From Candidatus Cloacimonadota bacterium (lineage in GTDB: Bacteria > Cloacimonadota > Cloacimonadia > G963667145), in NCBI GenBank assembly GCA_963667255.1, contig OY762940.1, positions 832,001 to 896,000 of the forward strand: 64,000 nucleotides of DNA. The letters are read 5' to 3'. Numbering within the stretch: position 1 is the first letter of the stretch; each line of letters opens with the position of its first letter. Shown one piece after another: positions 12,362 to 21,404 of the stretch. A program made the position numbers and the translations under genes. Under the pieces are notes generated by a model. It saw only the letters and a program-made list of their open reading frames with translations, did no database searches and was not told the origin of the DNA.

Positions 12362-12748
12362 TTGGACAAAAGAGAGAAAACTTTTAGATATTCAAAAGCT
12401 TTCAGAAATGAGGTTCTAAAGAATGTCAAAAACAAAAAATTGACGGTTTTGGAAGCGGGTAAATATTATGGAGTGGGATTTCCAACTATTTATCGATGGT
12501 TGAAAAAAGCTAATTATGACACGCCCTGTAAGGAGGTAATTTTTGTGAAACTATCAGATCAGCACTCTGCTTTGCAAGAGATTGAGGAATTAAAAAAAGA
12601 GAATCGTGCTTTAAAAGAGGCTGTGAGCAAGTTAACGCTCGATAAATTGTGCCTTGAAAAGTGTGTAGAAATTGGTGAACGGGACTTTGGTATGGAATTA
12701 AAAAAAAAGCCCGAAGTACAGGAATTGAGGAAATCAGGCAGAAAATAG
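12362..12748 (+). CDS. IS3-family transposase OrfA (HTH plus coiled coil)
   Basis: YSKAFR...YGVGFPTIYRWLKK helix-turn-helix, leucine-zipper-like segment, A AAA AAG slippery site at 12703-12709. Confidence 0.92.
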   Translation: MDKREKTFRYSKAFRNEVLKNVKNKKLTVLEAGKYYGVGFPTIYRWLKKANYDTPCKEVIFVKLSDQHSALQEIEELKKENRALKEAVSKLTLDKLCLEKCVEIGERDFGMELKKKPEVQELRKSGRK

Positions 12749-13593
12749 TGGAGAAAAAGTTCCCTTTTAAAATGAATTCTGTTTGTAAATGGTTTGGGAT
12801 TAGCAAGTCCGGTTTTTATAAAAAGAAGAAGCACATCGAAAAAACAAAGAAAATTGAAGATGAGATTTGCTTGCATATAAATGCGTTACGCAAATTTGGA
12901 CTTATGTGTGGAGCAAGAAAAACCAAGATTCATTTAAAGGAAGATTTTGACATTATTGTGGGCAGAGATAAATTGTTTGATATTATGAGAGAAAACGATT
13001 TGCAAAGTAAATTTATTCGGAAAAAAGTTCAACATTCCAGTGGAGTTAAGCAAATCTTTGAGAATATGTTAACCGATGAATTTAAGAAATCTGTTACAAA
13101 ATTTGGGCAAGTAATTGTGACAGATATTACCTATATCAAATTGCCCAATAATAAGTTCTGTTACATTAGTTTGGTTGCGGATTTGGCTACCAGAAAAATT
13201 TTGGGTTATAATGTGGCTCAAACTCTTTTGGCTGAAGAGTCGGTTAAGGTTATGCGGAAAACATTGAAAAAATATAAGTTGCCTAAAGATTGCATACATC
13301 ATAGCGACAAAGGAGTGCAATATACGAGCAAATTATACACTGATTTTTTGAAGAAAAATAATTTTAGAATAAGCATGACAGGTGCGGGCAAATGTTATGA
13401 TAACGCTTGTGCAGAGCGAGTTTTTAATACTTTGAAGAACGAATTTGGTTTTAATGTTGTTTTTTCAAGTTTGAAGGAAGTGCTAAGAGAGTTGAAGAAT
13501 TTTGTTGATATTTATAACAATAAACGATATCATATGAGTTTGGATTATAGAACACCACAAAGTGTGTTTTTGGAGATGCAGAAAGCTGCATAA
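12748..13593 (+). CDS. IS3-family transposase OrfB (DDE/rve)
   Basis: TDITYI, HHSDKGVQY and DNACAERVFNTLKNE integrase-core motifs; -1 frame relative to OrfA. Confidence 0.95.
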   Translation: MEKKFPFKMNSVCKWFGISKSGFYKKKKHIEKTKKIEDEICLHINALRKFGLMCGARKTKIHLKEDFDIIVGRDKLFDIMRENDLQSKFIRKKVQHSSGVKQIFENMLTDEFKKSVTKFGQVIVTDITYIKLPNNKFCYISLVADLATRKILGYNVAQTLLAEESVKVMRKTLKKYKLPKDCIHHSDKGVQYTSKLYTDFLKKNNFRISMTGAGKCYDNACAERVFNTLKNEFGFNVVFSSLKEVLRELKNFVDIYNNKRYHMSLDYRTPQSVFLEMQKAA

Positions 13594-13816
13594 TTAATAA
13601 AAAACTGAGTCCACTATTTTAGGACTGGACAGTAGAATTGAAATATGGCACAGAAATCTCTTATATTGAGGGGTTAAACTTTAAATTAGACTACCGTAGA
13701 ATTGAAACGGAATTACCTTTTGCAATCTTTAAAATTTTGCAACTTTGAATATTCTTGAAAACTTAATATTGGTGTCAACCTTCAGTATGAACTTTCTAAA
13801 AACTTAGGAAAAAGTA

Positions 13817-13853
13817 TTGACGAGAATTTAGTTCAATAAATTGTGAACTAAAT
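13817..13853 (+). promoter_or_regulatory. Putative promoter (-35 TTGACG) with overlapping palindromic operator
   Basis: Perfect inverted repeat ATTTAGTTCA-N8-TGAACTAAAT (13826-13853) directly downstream of TTGACG and 14 bp before the regulator start. Confidence 0.65.
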
Positions 13854-13867
13854 GAATTTTTATTGGA

Positions 13868-14362
13868 GTGAAATTGAAAATTGAGTTGACACAAAACCAG
13901 AAGAAGTTGATTCAGAAGGTAGTGAAATTAGAAGAAACTGCCGGTTCTAAGACATCGGCATCAGCTATAGCCGGTTTGATTATAGTTACAGGGAATGTTG
14001 GTTTATGCTTTGAAGACATTCAGGATACTTTAGGATTGAGCAAGGGGGCTGTGAGTCTTGGTGTAAATCTTCTGATTGGTATTGGCAAATTGGAGAGTTT
14101 CAAAAAATTTGGAGAAAGAAAAAGGTATTTTCGCCTACCGAGAAATATCTCTATTCGGGAGCATATTGGGGCTGCAGTGGCTCTGTGTCACAGCTATAAG
14201 GAGCTTGTGAATGAGTTGTTCAATTGTGATGAGATAGAGTTTGATGCGGAAACGAAAAGAGTCATGGAAGAAGATTTGGAATTTATGAAATTTGTTATTG
14301 GAGAGATAGAAAATTCTATAAAAAAATGGAAGGAAATGAATGGTTATGAAGTGCAAAATTAG
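13868..14362 (+). CDS. GbsR/MarR-family winged-helix transcriptional regulator
   Basis: FEDIQDTLGLSKGAVSLGVNLL helix-turn-helix and GERKRYF wing; first gene of the efflux operon. Confidence 0.8.
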   Translation: MKLKIELTQNQKKLIQKVVKLEETAGSKTSASAIAGLIIVTGNVGLCFEDIQDTLGLSKGAVSLGVNLLIGIGKLESFKKFGERKRYFRLPRNISIREHIGAAVALCHSYKELVNELFNCDEIEFDAETKRVMEEDLEFMKFVIGEIENSIKKWKEMNGYEVQN

Positions 14363-15719
14363 TTTATTATGCTTGATGCTGGCGTTTTCCGGATTGTTTT
14401 CGTTGTCGCTACAAGAGGCTAAGGCTTTGGCTCTGAAAAACAATTTGGCGTTGAGTTCTTCCGATTATGAACGGCAAAAAACGAAAAAGCAATATCGACA
14501 AGCTTGGGGTGAGGCTTTGTTGCAGGTGAATTTGGTCGGCGGGTATTCTCATACCAAATATGATTTTCCGAATGCCTATTCCGATTATGTAAATTATATG
14601 AATACACTAAAATCTAAGTTAGCGACTATGAGTGCCAATGAGCAAACTTTGGGAGCTGGTATATTGTATGTCAAAGAGGCTACAATTGCACAAGAGAAGC
14701 AAACTGATTTGGCTTACGGAGTTGAGGCAACTCAGGTTTTGTCGCTGAAAGTCCCCTTTGGTGTGAGTATGATGGGAGATGTTGCGGATTTGAGCCAAAA
14801 GCAATACGAATTGAAAAAACAAGATATTTTGTTTACAGTGAGTAAATATTATTACTCTTTGTTATTGGCGAAAGAAAAATTGCAGGTGCAAAAACAGGCT
14901 TTGGATATTGCCGAGAAAAATTTTGTTCGTGTGAATAGTATGTTTAACCAAGGGCTGGTTTCCCAATACGATTATTTGCGGGCTCGTTTGGAGGTTACCA
15001 AGCAAAAACCGCAAATGGAAGCTGCGGATAAAGATGTGGTTTTGGCTACTCAAAATTTCAAAAACTATATTCGTTGGAGCGATGAAGTTGCTCTTGAGAT
15101 TACGGACTCTTTGGTTGCTCCTAATATGAGCACTGGAAATTTGGAAGAGAGTGTGAAGAAAGGGTTGGAAATGCGGAAAGAGATTGAGATTGCTGGGATT
15201 GCAGCGGAAATCAGGAAGAAAGATTATCGCAAGGAGCAACTTTCGTTTTTGCCCGATTTTCAGCTTGGATTTGCTTACAAAATGTTTTCGCAATCTTCTA
15301 CCGATTGTGCGGAAACTTGTGATTTTGGCAATTATTGGCAGGTAACTTTGGGGGCATCTATGCCATTGTTTACCAGTTTTGCGAGAGTCAATAAGGTCGC
15401 CGTGAAAGAGTATGCGTGGAAACAAGCCAAAGAAGATGAGCTGAATACGAAAGACTTGGTAACGCTGGATATACAAAACAGTTATTACAGTTTGCAACAA
15501 GCTAACAAGGGTTGGCTTTCTCAGAAAGAAAACTTGGCTTTGGCTCAAAAAGCTTTTAGTATTGCTCAAGGGCGATATCAAAACGGGGTTTCCACACAAT
15601 TGGAATTTTTGGACGCAACGCTACAACAAAATGTGGCAGAATTAGGGTATTTGAATAGTATTTATGAATATATTATAGCCTGTGAGAGTTACAAGTTGGC
15701 TATTGGGGAGGAATTATGA
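14346..15719 (+). CDS. TolC-family outer membrane efflux protein
   Basis: Signal peptide, ALALKNN, two OEP repeats (FNQGLVSQYDYL, YQNGVSTQLEFLDA); start taken at the second ATG. Confidence 0.9.
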   Translation: MKCKISLLCLMLAFSGLFSLSLQEAKALALKNNLALSSSDYERQKTKKQYRQAWGEALLQVNLVGGYSHTKYDFPNAYSDYVNYMNTLKSKLATMSANEQTLGAGILYVKEATIAQEKQTDLAYGVEATQVLSLKVPFGVSMMGDVADLSQKQYELKKQDILFTVSKYYYSLLLAKEKLQVQKQALDIAEKNFVRVNSMFNQGLVSQYDYLRARLEVTKQKPQMEAADKDVVLATQNFKNYIRWSDEVALEITDSLVAPNMSTGNLEESVKKGLEMRKEIEIAGIAAEIRKKDYRKEQLSFLPDFQLGFAYKMFSQSSTDCAETCDFGNYWQVTLGASMPLFTSFARVNKVAVKEYAWKQAKEDELNTKDLVTLDIQNSYYSLQQANKGWLSQKENLALAQKAFSIAQGRYQNGVSTQLEFLDATLQQNVAELGYLNSIYEYIIACESYKLAIGEEL

Positions 15720-16726
15720 AAAAAGTTTTTTTAATTGGGTTGTTGGTTTCTTGTTTATGGGCTTGTTCCGAGGACAAGCAAGAGAGTTTGTCCGATATTC
15801 ACAAAAATGAGGGAATTCCTGTGAAGGTTACGGAAGTAGCTGGTCAGGAGTTTGTGAAAGAGATATATTTTACGGGGAATATGAAAGGCTATAAGCAAAC
15901 GAGCAAGTATAGTCCGATAGATGCGGAGGTCTCTAGTATAGAAGCAAAAGTTGGCGACAAAGTGAAGAGAAACCAAGTAATCATTAGATTTCCCAATGAT
16001 AAGCCATCTGCAAATTTTTTACAGGCAAAATCAGCTTATGAGAATAGCGAGAAAATCTATAACAGAATGGAAAAAGTTTTTGACAAAGGTGGTATATCCA
16101 AGCAGGAGATGGACAATATTTCCACTCAATATCAGGTCGATAGGGCGAACTACAAGTCTGCATCCAAATTGATTGCGATTACCAGTCCGATAGATGGTGT
16201 GGTGACTGCTATGAATGCGAGCCTTACGGACAATATTGCCAAGGAAGATTTTTTGTTTACTGTGTCCGATTTGAGCAAGCTGAAAGTGAAGTTGTCTGCT
16301 TCGGAGGCACAAATAGCACAGATGAAGCAGGGGCAAGAGGTGCGAGCTGTGTGGAATGGCATCACTATTAATGGAAAACTGACGGAATTGTCTATGTCCA
16401 AAGACCCTGTGACGCAAAGTTTTATCTGTTTTGCCGAGTTTGGCAATAGTGATTTGCAGGTGCTTTCTGGTGCGTTGGCGGATATTTATGTTAAGGTAAT
16501 AAATTTGCCCGATGAGAAGGTTGTCTCTTCCAAAATTATCCAAAACGATGATGATGGCGAGTATGTTTACATAGTGGAAAATGGAAAGGCGGAGAAGAGA
16601 TACATCAAGGTGGAGCACCAAAATACTACGGAATCTTGTGTAAGCGGATTGTTGAGTGGGGACAAAGTGATTACTGTCGGATATAATGTTGTTTATGGCG
16701 GTAGCAAAGTTAAATTGGTTGATTAG
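15716..16726 (+). CDS. RND efflux periplasmic adaptor (membrane fusion protein), lipoprotein
   Basis: LWAC lipobox, lipoyl halves VGDKVKRNQ and ITSPIDGVV, GLLSGDKVITVG. Confidence 0.9.
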   Translation: MKKVFLIGLLVSCLWACSEDKQESLSDIHKNEGIPVKVTEVAGQEFVKEIYFTGNMKGYKQTSKYSPIDAEVSSIEAKVGDKVKRNQVIIRFPNDKPSANFLQAKSAYENSEKIYNRMEKVFDKGGISKQEMDNISTQYQVDRANYKSASKLIAITSPIDGVVTAMNASLTDNIAKEDFLFTVSDLSKLKVKLSASEAQIAQMKQGQEVRAVWNGITINGKLTELSMSKDPVTQSFICFAEFGNSDLQVLSGALADIYVKVINLPDEKVVSSKIIQNDDDGEYVYIVENGKAEKRYIKVEHQNTTESCVSGLLSGDKVITVGYNVVYGGSKVKLVD

Positions 16727-16740
16727 GAAGAGGTAACACG

Positions 16741-19700
16741 ATGTTTTTATCAAATATTTCCATTAAACGCCCGATAATGATGACCATGATTTTGATGGTT
16801 TCGATTATCTTCGGGGCGATAGCTTATTTCGGTTTACCGATGAACCTTTTCCCTGAAGCTGATATCCCGTATGTTACTGTGCAAACTATTTACCCAGGAG
16901 CTGGTCCTCAGGAAGTTGCAAGCGGTGTTTCCGATATTTTGGAAGACGAGATTGCGACAGTTTCCAAGATAGAAGAGTTGAAATCTTTTTCTATGAATAA
17001 TGTGTCTTTGATTATGATAAGGTTTGCTTTGGACAAAGATGTGGATATCGCCAAAGACGAGGTGAAGAGCAAGGTTGATGCTGTGATTAACGAGTTGGCT
17101 GATGGTGTGGAGACTCCTGTAGTTTCCAAGTTTGACCCCACTTCCGAGCCTATTATGCAACTTGTTCTGACCACAGAGAAATTGTCTCCATTGGAGTTAT
17201 ACGATTTGGCTGATGGCAGGATAAAAGACCAATTTAATCAAGTGGAAGGTGTGGCTTCGGTAAATCTCATCGGTGGTGTGGAGCGAGAGATAAAGGTGGA
17301 GATGACACCTAAAGAGTCTAGACAAGACTATTTCACCCCATTGCAACTCGCTCAAGCGTTGGGTCGTGCCAATGTTGATGTGCCGTCCGGTAGTTATAAA
17401 TTGGATGGTCGAGAGATTTCGGTGAAGAGCAAGGGTCTTTTTGAAAGTTTAGACGAATTGTCTCGTTCCAGAGTGGTTACTCCGATAGGTGTGAAACAAA
17501 TTGGGCAGATAGCCACTGTGAGCGAAGGCGAAAAGGAGATGGATACCAAGGCTTTATTCTACGACAATGTGAACAAGAAATTGTATAAGAATGTTGTTAT
17601 GATGGAGATTGTGAAGTCCTCGGAAGGTAATCCCGTGCAGATTGCGAATTTGATTAAAGAGAAAATTGAGTCTTTGAAATCAGAGTTGCCCAATGGGGTT
17701 GACCTGAAAATCGTGAAAAACGAAGCGGAGTTTATAGAAGGTTCGGTAAACGACACCATTAGCACACTTTTCCTTGGTGTAATATTTACGGCACTCGTGC
17801 TTTTGCTTTTCCTTCACGATTTGCGTTCGACTTTGATAGTTGCACTCACGATGCCGGCTTCCTTGATTTCCACTTTTATGGTAATGAATTGGGTTGGATA
17901 TAGCTTGAATGTCTTGTCGCTCATGGGTCTCAGCACTTCCGTGGGGGTTTTGGTCTCCAACTCTGTGGTGGTGATAGAAAACATTTTTAGGCATATGCAC
18001 AGAGGTGATGGGCGAAAGAGTGCCTCTGCTACAGGAACTGCGGAAGTGGTGGTAGCTGTGATGGCTTCCACTCTGACCAATATTGTTGTGTTTGTGCCAA
18101 TAGGAAGTATGGACTCGCTTGTGGGTATTTTCTTTAAGGAGTTTGCTTATACCGTGGTAATCGCCACAGTATTTTCGCTGATTTATTCGTTCACTCTCAC
18201 TCCGATGTTGGCGTCATTGATTTTGCCGGAAAATCAGAAAAAGAGCAGATTGGGAACGGAGATAGAAAGGTTCTTGGACAAGGTTGATATTTGGTATGGC
18301 ACTCTTTTGGAGAAGATTATCCATAATAAGAAGAGAGCTATTATGACTGTCGTTCTGCCGTTTGTCTTCTTGATAATTACTTTCTTTTTTGCCGGATATC
18401 TCGGCTCCAACTTTATTCCTTATATGGATAACGGTCAACTAACTATGGATGTTACGATGCCGGCAGGCTCCAGTATGGAAGTTACGGAGAGAACTTATAT
18501 CGATTTGCAAAAGAGAGTAGCTGCTTTTCCCGAGGTTAAGTTGGTGTTGACCAAAGTGGGTAATCAGGGAGAGATAGACCAGGGTTCGAATATTGGAACT
18601 GCTTTTATTAAGTTGGTTGACAGAGGAGACAGAGATTTGAGTGCACCCGAAGTTTTGTCCAAGATTTCCAGAGAGTTAGCCGATTACCCCGGAGCGGATA
18701 TCTCCATTAATGTGTTTTCTGAGGGAATGGGTGCCGATGTTCAATTTGACTTGCGTGGTCCTGATCAAGAAGTGTTGGCTAAGTATAAAGAAGAGATAAT
18801 GGTAAAGGCACGCAATATCAAGGGGCTTGTGAATTTCAAAAATTCTGTAGGCGATGCCAAACCGCAGGTGGAGTTGAAACCCAAGAGGAAGATGTTGCAA
18901 GAAGCCGATATTGATATTGCGACACTGGGGATTATGGTTAGAGCTTCTCTTGAGGGTTTGACGCCGACACAGTATGACATCAACGGGGACAAATACGATA
19001 TTCGCGTTAAATATTTTGATGAATCGACTGATAATCTGGATAAAATCAAGAACATTCCTATAGTTACCTCCAAGGGTGTGTTTACTTTGTCACAATTGGC
19101 TGAAGTGAGTTTCAAGGAAGTAGCGAATAAGATTATTCACGATAACAGAATCAATTCCATTCAGTTTACTGGTGGTTACGCTGACGGGATGTCTCTGTCG
19201 GATGTAGTGGGCAATGTGAAAGAGATGGTAAATAAATTGGATTTGCCAGCTGAATATACTGTCTCTTGGAGCGGCAATGCCAAAGAGATGCAAAGCACTA
19301 TCTCTGAAATGTTGAAAGCAGGTATTTTGGCAATCGTCCTCACTTATATGTTGTTGGCTGCTATCTTGGAGAGCTTCATTCAGCCTTTATATATTTTGGC
19401 GACTTTACCCTTGGCACTCATCGGAGTTGTTTGGTCTCTTTTGCTTACCGGATTGGGATTTGATATTGTTACTATGATGGCGATGATTATGCTTATTGGT
19501 ATTGTGGTGAATGCGGCGATTTTGCTTTTGGATTATACCAATCAGCTAAAACGGGAAGGTGCGAGTCCCAAAGAAGCTCTCTTGGAAGCATGTCCTACCA
19601 AACTCAGACCTGTGATGATGTCTGCTATAGCTATTATGTTGGGAATGCTCCCGATGGCTCTGGGCATCGGAGATGCAGGTGGCGAGATGAGAATGGGTAT

Positions 19701-19797
19701 GGGTGTAGTGAGTATCGGTGGAATATTGGTTGCTACATTTTTGACACTATTTGTGATACCTGCGATTTACTATTTGTTGTCTCATAGAGTCAGGTAA
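16741..19797 (+). CDS. RND efflux permease (AcrB/AcrD/AcrF family)
   Basis: 1018 aa, SIKRPI N-terminus, two transmembrane halves, VVIENI and RPVMMSA motifs. Confidence 0.95.
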   Translation: MFLSNISIKRPIMMTMILMVSIIFGAIAYFGLPMNLFPEADIPYVTVQTIYPGAGPQEVASGVSDILEDEIATVSKIEELKSFSMNNVSLIMIRFALDKDVDIAKDEVKSKVDAVINELADGVETPVVSKFDPTSEPIMQLVLTTEKLSPLELYDLADGRIKDQFNQVEGVASVNLIGGVEREIKVEMTPKESRQDYFTPLQLAQALGRANVDVPSGSYKLDGREISVKSKGLFESLDELSRSRVVTPIGVKQIGQIATVSEGEKEMDTKALFYDNVNKKLYKNVVMMEIVKSSEGNPVQIANLIKEKIESLKSELPNGVDLKIVKNEAEFIEGSVNDTISTLFLGVIFTALVLLLFLHDLRSTLIVALTMPASLISTFMVMNWVGYSLNVLSLMGLSTSVGVLVSNSVVVIENIFRHMHRGDGRKSASATGTAEVVVAVMASTLTNIVVFVPIGSMDSLVGIFFKEFAYTVVIATVFSLIYSFTLTPMLASLILPENQKKSRLGTEIERFLDKVDIWYGTLLEKIIHNKKRAIMTVVLPFVFLIITFFFAGYLGSNFIPYMDNGQLTMDVTMPAGSSMEVTERTYIDLQKRVAAFPEVKLVLTKVGNQGEIDQGSNIGTAFIKLVDRGDRDLSAPEVLSKISRELADYPGADISINVFSEGMGADVQFDLRGPDQEVLAKYKEEIMVKARNIKGLVNFKNSVGDAKPQVELKPKRKMLQEADIDIATLGIMVRASLEGLTPTQYDINGDKYDIRVKYFDESTDNLDKIKNIPIVTSKGVFTLSQLAEVSFKEVANKIIHDNRINSIQFTGGYADGMSLSDVVGNVKEMVNKLDLPAEYTVSWSGNAKEMQSTISEMLKAGILAIVLTYMLLAAILESFIQPLYILATLPLALIGVVWSLLLTGLGFDIVTMMAMIMLIGIVVNAAILLLDYTNQLKREGASPKEALLEACPTKLRPVMMSAIAIMLGMLPMALGIGDAGGEMRMGMGVVSIGGILVATFLTLFVIPAIYYLLSHRVR

Positions 19798-19945
19798 TAG
19801 TGAGCGGTTTATCGGAGGCTATGAAAAAAGGTTGACATAAAGAGAGTGCCTAATTTACTTGGCACAGTATTGATTTTATATTTAATGAAACTTTGTAAAA
19901 TTCGGTTCGAAAAACGGACTGCTTTGCAAAGTTTCATTTGTTAAT

Positions 19946-21178
19946 ATGGAGAAGATTATGAGTATGATATCTATTATAAACGAGTTGGCTAACCTAAAGC
20001 AGCTCGACAGAGACGACCTTTTTGTGGTTTTGAAGGAAAGCTTGTATGCCGCTATTTCCAAGAGGTTGAAACGACCTGCTTCATTGGAAATCGTTGTTGA
20101 CCAGAGCAAAAACGAAGTTTATGCGAAAGTGAATAAGGAAGTGGTGGAGAACGACATCTATTTTGATGAAATTTCTTTGGAAGACGCTCAATTGAGTAAA
20201 TCGAAAGTCAAAATTGGCGACAATTTGGATTGCATCGTTATGGTTTCCGAGTTTGAGCCCAAAACTATCAAGACTGCCAAAAAGATGATACAAGATAGGA
20301 TAAAAGAGCTTGAAAACGATAGAGTTATGTTTGATTATAACAAGCAGAAAAATCAGGTTGTTACGGGGAAAATCAGAGAGCTCAAATTTAACGATTACAT
20401 AGTGGATATCGGTTATACGGATGCGATTTTGCCGGCTGACGAGCAAATCTCCAGTGAATATTACAGAGTTGGGAATATTGTGCAAGCCTATATTGTGGAT
20501 GTGCGTAAGATTCGTAATAGAGTGCGAATTGTCCTCTCCAGAACTCATCCTGAGTATATCAAGAAGCTTTTGGAAAATGAGGTTCCGGAAGTAGCCAGTG
20601 GAGAGGTGGAGGTTAAGAAAATCGTGCGTGACCCGGGCGTGGAGACCAAGATTGCTCTTTACGCAGAAAATCCGAATATCGACCCTGTCAGCTCTTGCTA
20701 TGGACCAAAAGGTTTGCGGATAAAAGAGATTTGCAAAAATCTTGGGGACGAGAGCATTAGCTTGGTTTACTGGAGTGACAATTTGGAGCAGTTTATTGCC
20801 AACGCCGTCGGTATAGATTTTGTGGAAAAGGTTTACTTGGCGGAGCACGGTAAGTTTGCTCGGATAATAACAAATCAAAAAAACAAGGCAATTGGCAAGG
20901 GTGGTATCAATGTGAAACTTGCTGCAAAATTGACTGGTTACAAGATTGACATTTTCACTCAAGAAGAGTTCCAATCTCAATTGGAGAAGGAGCGTAGAGT
21001 TGTCAGCCATATAGACGATTTGGATGGAATTACGGATAGAGCTTTGGAAGTGCTGAAAAGCAACGGATACACTTCTGTGGAAGATATTTACAGGGCGTCT
21101 GTCGAGGAACTTTCCAATTTGCCGGGTATTGGCTTGAAGATGATAGAAAAGTTGAAAACTTCTGCAGAGAATTTTTGA
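19946..21178 (+). CDS. nusA: Transcription termination/antitermination factor NusA
   Basis: S1 and KH domains (LSRTHP, EVPE, RDPG, AIGKGGINVKLAAKLTGYKIDI) and C-terminal HhH repeats. Confidence 0.95.
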   Translation: MEKIMSMISIINELANLKQLDRDDLFVVLKESLYAAISKRLKRPASLEIVVDQSKNEVYAKVNKEVVENDIYFDEISLEDAQLSKSKVKIGDNLDCIVMVSEFEPKTIKTAKKMIQDRIKELENDRVMFDYNKQKNQVVTGKIRELKFNDYIVDIGYTDAILPADEQISSEYYRVGNIVQAYIVDVRKIRNRVRIVLSRTHPEYIKKLLENEVPEVASGEVEVKKIVRDPGVETKIALYAENPNIDPVSSCYGPKGLRIKEICKNLGDESISLVYWSDNLEQFIANAVGIDFVEKVYLAEHGKFARIITNQKNKAIGKGGINVKLAAKLTGYKIDIFTQEEFQSQLEKERRVVSHIDDLDGITDRALEVLKSNGYTSVEDIYRASVEELSNLPGIGLKMIEKLKTSAENF

Positions 21179-21187
21179 TATTGAGTT

Positions 21188-21388
21188 GTGAAGATAAAGC
21201 ACTTGAGAATATGTGTGGTGTGCAGAAAGAGATTTGAGCAGGACGATTTGTTGCGATTTGTTTTGATAGACGGAAGACCTGTTTTTGATTTTAAAAGAAA
21301 ATTTTTCGGCAGAGGAAGATATGTTTGTCCTGATTGTATCGCTCTGTTGGAGAAGAAAATAAAGAAGTTTTGTGCTGTCGAGAGATGA
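21188..21388 (+). CDS. ylxR: YlxR/DUF448 RNA-binding protein
   Basis: RICVVCR, LLRFV and GRGRYVC motifs; between nusA and infB. Confidence 0.88.
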   Translation: MKIKHLRICVVCRKRFEQDDLLRFVLIDGRPVFDFKRKFFGRGRYVCPDCIALLEKKIKKFCAVER

Positions 21389-21404
21389 TAGCGATGGAGG
21401 AGTT

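Larger units (their letters stand above)
12322..13631 (+). mobile_element. IS3-family insertion sequence, copy 1 (1310 bp), inside the CRISPR array
   Basis: Ends TACCTCGTCCTGAAAAAAGTGGACTC and GAGTCCACTATTTTAGGACTGGACA form imperfect IRs. Same length and ends as the copy at 30247-31556. Flanks CTT and GTA are not a target duplication. Confidence 0.95.
4247..13708 (+). CRISPR. CRISPR array, repeat CTTTAAATTAGACTACTGTAGAATTGAAAT (30 bp), interrupted by an IS3-family element
   Basis: 124 full repeats 4247-12302 by hand count, spacers about 33-38 bp; repeat 7 at 4641 starts with A. After the IS come a 13-nt repeat remnant (13632-13644), one spacer and a degenerate trailer repeat CTTTAAATTAGACTACCGTAGAATTGAAAC (13679-13708). 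Confidence 0.99.

Noticed and set aside
4247..13708. Self-targeting spacers against genes or IS elements in this window
   Set aside because: None noticed by eye. This was not exhaustive and needs an alignment.
14862..16753. 245-aa and 240-aa minus-strand ORFs
   Set aside because: Antisense shadows of the TolC and MFP genes.
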